DNA of 51,949 nucleotides from Longimicrobium sp. (GTDB lineage: Bacteria; Gemmatimonadota; Gemmatimonadetes; Longimicrobiales; Longimicrobiaceae). A model generated the notes under the pieces. The model made no database searches. It saw only the letters and a list, made by a program, of their open reading frames with translations, and had not been told where the DNA came from. A program made the translations under genes and the position numbers. The stretch covers positions 1 through 51,949 of the forward strand of contig DATAAG010000393.1 in the NCBI GenBank assembly GCA_036260235.1. Reading direction: 5' to 3'. Numbering within the stretch: the first letter of the stretch is position 1; every line of letters starts with the position of its first letter. Below are positions 46,121 through 51,949 of the stretch, in pieces.

Positions 46121-47752
46121 ATGGAAAGCTTCTATCAGAGCCACTGGATCCTGACGCTGCTGATCGTCCTGCCGCTGGTGGGGGCGCTGGCCGCCTACCT
46201 CTCCGGCGAGCGGAACGCGAAGCACGTGGCGCTGTGGGTGGGGATCGCGGAGTTCGTGCTCTCGCTGCCGCTGTTCGTCTTCTACAACCCGAACGGCAGC
46301 TGCACCTTCTCCACGCAGCGCCCGGCGGTCTCGGCCGCCATGCAGGCGCCGCCGGCCATCGAGCAGCAGGCGCTGATGCAGAACTGCGTGAGCGCGCCCT
46401 GGTTCCCGGACTGGGGGATCTACTACCGGCTGGGGATGGACGGCATCAGCCTCTTCATGGTGCTGCTGACGACGCTGCTGCTGCCCCTGATGGTGCTGGG
46501 CTCGTGGACGTACGTCCGCGAGCGGCAGCGCGGCTTCTACGCCAGCCTGCTGGCCCTGACGACCGGCGTGGTGGGCGTGTTCGTGGCCGTGGACATGTTC
46601 GTGTTCTACGTGTTCTGGGAGATGATGCTGATCCCCATGTACTTCCTGATCGGCCTGTGGGGCGGGCGCGAGCGGGTGTACGCGGCGGTCAAGTTCTTCC
46701 TGTACACGGCGGTGGGCTCGCTGCTGATGCTGGTGGCCATCCTGTACCTGTGGCACCGGGCGCAGCAGGGCGGCGCCATCGGGGTGCCCACCTTCTCGTA
46801 CTTCGACTTCCTGCAGCTGCAGCTCACGGCGGACGAGCAGTTCTATCTCTTCCTGGCGTTCGCCCTGGCGTTCGCCGTGAAGGTGCCGATGTTCCCCTTC
46901 CACACCTGGCTGCCGCACGCGCACGTGCAGGCGCCCACGGCGGGCTCGGTGGTGCTGGCGGGGGTGCTGCTGAAGATGGGCACCTACGGCTTCATCCGCT
47001 TCGCCCTCCCGCTCTTTCCCGACGCGGCGCGCGACAGCGGCACCGTGACGTGGGCCATGGTGCTGGGGCTGGTGGGCATCCTGTACGCGGCCATGGTGGC
47101 GGCGGTGCAGCCCAACGCCAAGAAGCTGGTGGCCTACACCTCGGTGGCGCACCTGGGCTTCGTCATCCTGGGGATCTTCGCCTTCAACATCCAGGGGATG
47201 CAGGGGGCGCTGCTGGTGATGATCGGCCACGGGCTGTCCACGCCCATGCTCTTCTTCCTGCTGGGCATGCTGTACGAGCGCCGGCACTCGTACGAGATCG
47301 ACGACTTCGGCGGGCTGGCGGCGAGTCTTCCCGTCTTCAGCACCATGCTGGTGTTCGCGGCCATGGCCACCATCGGGCTGCCGGGGACGGCGGGGTTCGC
47401 CTCGGAGTTCCTGGTGCTGGTGGGCGCCTTCCTGGCCCGCCCCATCCTGGCGCTGGTCGCGGCGCTGGGGGTGATCTTCGCCGCGTACTACATGCTGCCC
47501 ATGGTGCAGCAGATGCTGTTCAACGCGCTGTCGCGGCGGGAGAACCGCGGGCTCCCCGACCTGGGCGGCCGCGAGATCGCCGTGCTGGCGCCGCTGGTGG
47601 CCCTCATCCTCCTGCTGGGCTTCTATCCCAAGCCCTTCCTGGACCGCATGGAGCCCGCCGCCGCCCGCGTGATCGAGCTGAGCCAGATGAACCGGCTGGC
47701 GCCCGAGTTCGGCCCGGCGCCCCCCGTGGCCGCCGCGCCCGAGAACCGATAA
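46121..47752 (+). CDS. nuoM: NADH-quinone oxidoreductase subunit M
   Basis: GMDGIS, FYVFWE, KVPMFPFHTWLPHAH, LLKMGTYG, AYTSVAHLG. Confidence 0.95.
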   Translation: MESFYQSHWILTLLIVLPLVGALAAYLSGERNAKHVALWVGIAEFVLSLPLFVFYNPNGSCTFSTQRPAVSAAMQAPPAIEQQALMQNCVSAPWFPDWGIYYRLGMDGISLFMVLLTTLLLPLMVLGSWTYVRERQRGFYASLLALTTGVVGVFVAVDMFVFYVFWEMMLIPMYFLIGLWGGRERVYAAVKFFLYTAVGSLLMLVAILYLWHRAQQGGAIGVPTFSYFDFLQLQLTADEQFYLFLAFALAFAVKVPMFPFHTWLPHAHVQAPTAGSVVLAGVLLKMGTYGFIRFALPLFPDAARDSGTVTWAMVLGLVGILYAAMVAAVQPNAKKLVAYTSVAHLGFVILGIFAFNIQGMQGALLVMIGHGLSTPMLFFLLGMLYERRHSYEIDDFGGLAASLPVFSTMLVFAAMATIGLPGTAGFASEFLVLVGAFLARPILALVAALGVIFAAYYMLPMVQQMLFNALSRRENRGLPDLGGREIAVLAPLVALILLLGFYPKPFLDRMEPAAARVIELSQMNRLAPEFGPAPPVAAAPENR

Positions 47753-47765
47753 AGGACCGCGACCG

Positions 47766-49343
<1,578 letters not shown>

Positions 49344-49420
49344 GCGCCGGCCGGGCGGAAGGAGGGGATCACGGCCCGGCGCGCGTCGCCGGGCTTTTCC
49401 GTTTGCACGGGGATTGCACG

Positions 49421-50494
49421 ATGGCGGATGGGGACGGAGGCACGCCCGGAAAGGCGACGGCGATGGCGGACGGAGACGAGGGCCCCCGGAGGGAGGAGAA
49501 GAAGCCGCTGGTGACGCCGCGCCGCGCCGCCGCGGGGCTGGGCGCGGCCGCGGCCGCGGCGTACGCCGTGTACCTGCTGGGCGCGCGGCGCACCCGCCGC
49601 CGCCCGGTGACGGAGCTGCCCAACGCGCTGGGGCTCCCGGTCCAGTACGTGAAGTGGGGCGACGTGTACTACGCCTACTACGTGCGCGAGGGGCAGGGGC
49701 GGCCGGTGGTGTTTCTGCACTCCATCAACGCGGTGGCCAGCGCGCACGAGATGCGGCCGCTGGTGCGCGCCTTCCGCAAGCACACGGAGCGGCCGCTGTA
49801 CGCGCTGGAGTGGATCGGATTCGGCCACAGCGACCGGCCGGAGCTGGACTACGAGCCGGGGCTGATGGAGGACCAGTTGCAGCACTTCCTGGAGCGGGTG
49901 GTGCAGCCCGCCGGGGGCGCGGACGTGGTGGGGCTGTCGCTGGGGGCGGCGTACGCGGCGGGGGTGGCGCGGCGGCGGCCGGACCTGGTGCGGGCGCTGG
50001 CGGCCATCGAGCCCGCGGGGCTGGGAAAGGATCCGCCGGCCATCCCGCGGCTCTGGTCACGGCTGCTCTTCACCCTTCCCGGCGTGCAGCGGGCCTTCTA
50101 CGACCGGCTGACGACGCCCGAGGCGCTGCACCGCTTCGCGGCGGAGAACCTGTTCACCCCGGAGTTCGGGGTGCCGGAGGAGTTCGTGGAGTTCGGCGCC
50201 GAGACCTCGCGGATGGACGGCGCCCAGTTCCCGCTGGACGATTTCCTGAGCGGGCGGATGTTCCCCCGCGACGCGGCCGACACCTTCCGCCGCCTGCGCC
50301 AGCCGGTGCTGGTGGTGCACGGGACGGTGGAGAGCCGCCGGCAGGAGAGCTACGACCAGCTGCCGGAGCTGGACGGGCGCCCCAACGTGCAGGTGGTGGG
50401 GCTGCCCACGGGGGGGCTGCCGCACTGGGAGCGGGCCCAGGAGGTGTGGGAGCGCGTCCGCGACTTTCTGGACGGCGCCGGGCCGGCCGCCTGA
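49421..50494 (+). CDS. Alpha/beta hydrolase with N-terminal membrane anchor (alternative start 49463)
   Basis: PVVFLH, GFGHSDRP, nucleophile GLSLG, C-terminal LPHWE. Confidence 0.85.
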   Translation: MADGDGGTPGKATAMADGDEGPRREEKKPLVTPRRAAAGLGAAAAAAYAVYLLGARRTRRRPVTELPNALGLPVQYVKWGDVYYAYYVREGQGRPVVFLHSINAVASAHEMRPLVRAFRKHTERPLYALEWIGFGHSDRPELDYEPGLMEDQLQHFLERVVQPAGGADVVGLSLGAAYAAGVARRRPDLVRALAAIEPAGLGKDPPAIPRLWSRLLFTLPGVQRAFYDRLTTPEALHRFAAENLFTPEFGVPEEFVEFGAETSRMDGAQFPLDDFLSGRMFPRDAADTFRRLRQPVLVVHGTVESRRQESYDQLPELDGRPNVQVVGLPTGGLPHWERAQEVWERVRDFLDGAGPAA

Positions 50495-50544
50495 CGGCGC
50501 CTGCCGAACCGGATTTCCAGGCACAAACCATCGGGAGCACCTGT

Positions 50545-50913
50545 ATGCCCAAGCCGATCCTGCGCCGTTTTCTTTCCCTTCCCGCCGCCGGGGCCTGCCT
50601 GCTGCTGGCCGGGTGCCCCGGGCGCGGCGGCGGCGACGGCGCCGCGAAGATGGACACGGCCAACGCCCAGTGGGAGGACGGGCTGTCGGCGGAGCAGGTG
50701 CAGTCCGAGGCGAAGGCGCTTTCGCCGGAAGAGGCGGCGCGGATGGGGATCGCGGTGGACACCAGCATCCACCTGGAGCAGCTGGACGCGCGCGACACCC
50801 TTCCCGGCGGCGGCGCGGCGCCCACGCCGGCCCCGGCGACGAGCGGCGCCACGGCTCCCGACAGCGTGGACGGCAGCGCCGACGCGTCGCCCTCCGCGCC
50901 CCCGGCTCCGTAG
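50545..50913 (+). CDS. Hypothetical lipoprotein
   Basis: RBS GGGAG; LAGC lipobox; Pro/Ala-rich tail. Confidence 0.7.
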   Translation: MPKPILRRFLSLPAAGACLLLAGCPGRGGGDGAAKMDTANAQWEDGLSAEQVQSEAKALSPEEAARMGIAVDTSIHLEQLDARDTLPGGGAAPTPAPATSGATAPDSVDGSADASPSAPPAP

Positions 50914-50975
50914 GGGCCCGCCCCCGGCCTCGCTGAGGCTCGTCCACCCCCTCCCGCAAACTGCGCGGGAGGGGG
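50910..50975 (+). repeat. GTAG-initiated REP-like palindrome
   Basis: gtaggggcccgcccccggcctcgctgaggctcgtccaccccctcccgcaaactgcgcgggaggggg; GTAG overlaps the stop codon. Confidence 0.8.
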
Positions 50976-51020
50976 TGTAGACTTCCTGGCGGGTACAGGC
51001 GTGCGGGGCGGGTTCCGCGA

Positions 51021-51071
51021 CCCAGCGATTGAAATCGCCGCAACGACTACGCACTGTCGGCCTTCGCCGAC
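51021..51071 (+). repeat. Double-hairpin dispersed repeat, copy 3
   Basis: cccagcgattgaaatcgccgcaacgactacgcactgtcggccttcgccgac. Confidence 0.75.
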
Positions 51072-51310
51072 ACCACCCCGCGGGGCCTCCGTGCAGTTGA
51101 AGCCCCGTTCTGCGAGCGCAAGCGAGCAGAGACGGGGCTTCTGGCTTTCCCAGTGGCGGGTTCACCCGCTCAGGCGGGGAGGTTGCCGAAGCGCGACGGT
51201 CTTCTCCTCTCTCCGCACGCGGTTTGTGCGGGGAGGGATGGGGGGGAGCGTCCCCCCACCGAACGAACGTCCGGCCCGCGATTTTCCTTGCAATTTCGGG
51301 CGGTTCCGGC

Positions 51311-51339
51311 TTGCCGGAGGGCGGCCGGGCAGGTATACT
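51311..51339 (+). promoter_or_regulatory. Sigma70-type promoter of etfB
   Basis: TTGCCG, 17-bp spacer, TATACT. Confidence 0.6.
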
Positions 51340-51397
51340 CCCCGGCTCCGGAGCCCCGGGGCGCTCCGGAGTACCCACCGAGCCAAGGGAGATGCGC

Positions 51398-51949
51398 GTG
51401 AAGAGCATCGTGTGCGTGAAGCGCGTCCCGGATACCGAGGCGCGCGTGCGCATTGCAGGCGACGGAAAGTCCGTGGACGCGGCGGGGGCCAAGTTCATCC
51501 TGAACCCCTACGACGAGTTCGCCGTGGAGGCCGCGCTCAAGCACAGGGAAGCGGCGGGCGCGGGCGAGGTGACGGTGCTCACCGTGGGCGACGGCGCCAG
51601 CGCGGAGACGCTGCGCACGGCGCTGGCCATGGGCGCCGACGGCGCGGTGCTGCTCAAGACGGACGGCAGGCCCGAGGGGCTGGCCGTGGCCCGCGTGCTG
51701 GCGGACGAGCTGAAGGGGCGCGAGTACGACGTGGCCCTGTTCGGGATGAAGGCCATCGACGACGACCTGCAGGCCGTCGGGCCGATGGTGGCGGAGCTGC
51801 TGGGCATTCCCGCGGTTACGGCGGTGACCGAGTTCTCGGTGGAGGGCGGCAAGGTGACCGCGCACCGGGAGATCGAGGGCGGCCACGAGGTGGTGGAGCT
51901 GAAGACGCCGTGCGTGCTGACGCTCACCAAGGGCGCCTACGAGCCGCGC
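51398..51949 (+). CDS. etfB: Electron transfer flavoprotein subunit beta (3'-truncated; absent from the ORF track)
   Basis: VKSIVCVKRVPDT...ILNPYDEFAVEAAL...LRTALAMGAD...REIEGG; runs off the window end. Confidence 0.93.
   Translation, partial: MKSIVCVKRVPDTEARVRIAGDGKSVDAAGAKFILNPYDEFAVEAALKHREAAGAGEVTVLTVGDGASAETLRTALAMGADGAVLLKTDGRPEGLAVARVLADELKGREYDVALFGMKAIDDDLQAVGPMVAELLGIPAVTAVTEFSVEGGKVTAHREIEGGHEVVELKTPCVLTLTKGAYEPR

Overview
GC-rich bacterial window. Gene style, the 'KLxLDDLxVESF' leader peptide and the repeat families suggest a Longimicrobium-like Gemmatimonadota; this is inference, not verified. Layout: (1) 1-6.0 kb is a visibly lower-GC defence island with a 5'-truncated protein ending in a TIR-like (CAP12/PF10137-type) domain, an NMNAT/cytidylyltransferase-like gene, and a Hachiman hamA-hamB pair. 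(2) 6.4-12.5 kb is an accessory islet of secreted or antagonism-type genes: a 12-Cys RiPP-like precursor, a LamG-M23-5x tandem-repeat protein, two tandem 6-Cys defensin-like peptide genes (one with TAG at codon 2), an S1 protease lipoprotein and another lipoprotein. (3) 12.6-33 kb is mixed housekeeping: ABC exporter, YqeY, MntR/DtxR, GAF-PAS histidine kinase, mutS2, dnaG, PLP aldolase, DUF2339, DUF3800, DinB-like, glpD, cheC, dcd, plus two frameshifted genes. (4) 33.3-49.3 kb is a complete nuoA-N operon with a sigma70 promoter and a Rex-like operator. (5) The end holds an alpha/beta hydrolase, a lipoprotein and a partial etfB. The top candidate for a new system is the DUF3800 gene followed convergently by a separately promoted, pseudoknot-capable ~85-nt RNA on the opposite strand. 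Intergenic spaces carry at least four repeat families; in two places heptamer-array hairpin elements sit next to a duplicate of the upstream gene's 3' end. No rRNA, tRNA, CRISPR array or transposase was recognised. All family assignments come from motif recognition by eye, not database searches.
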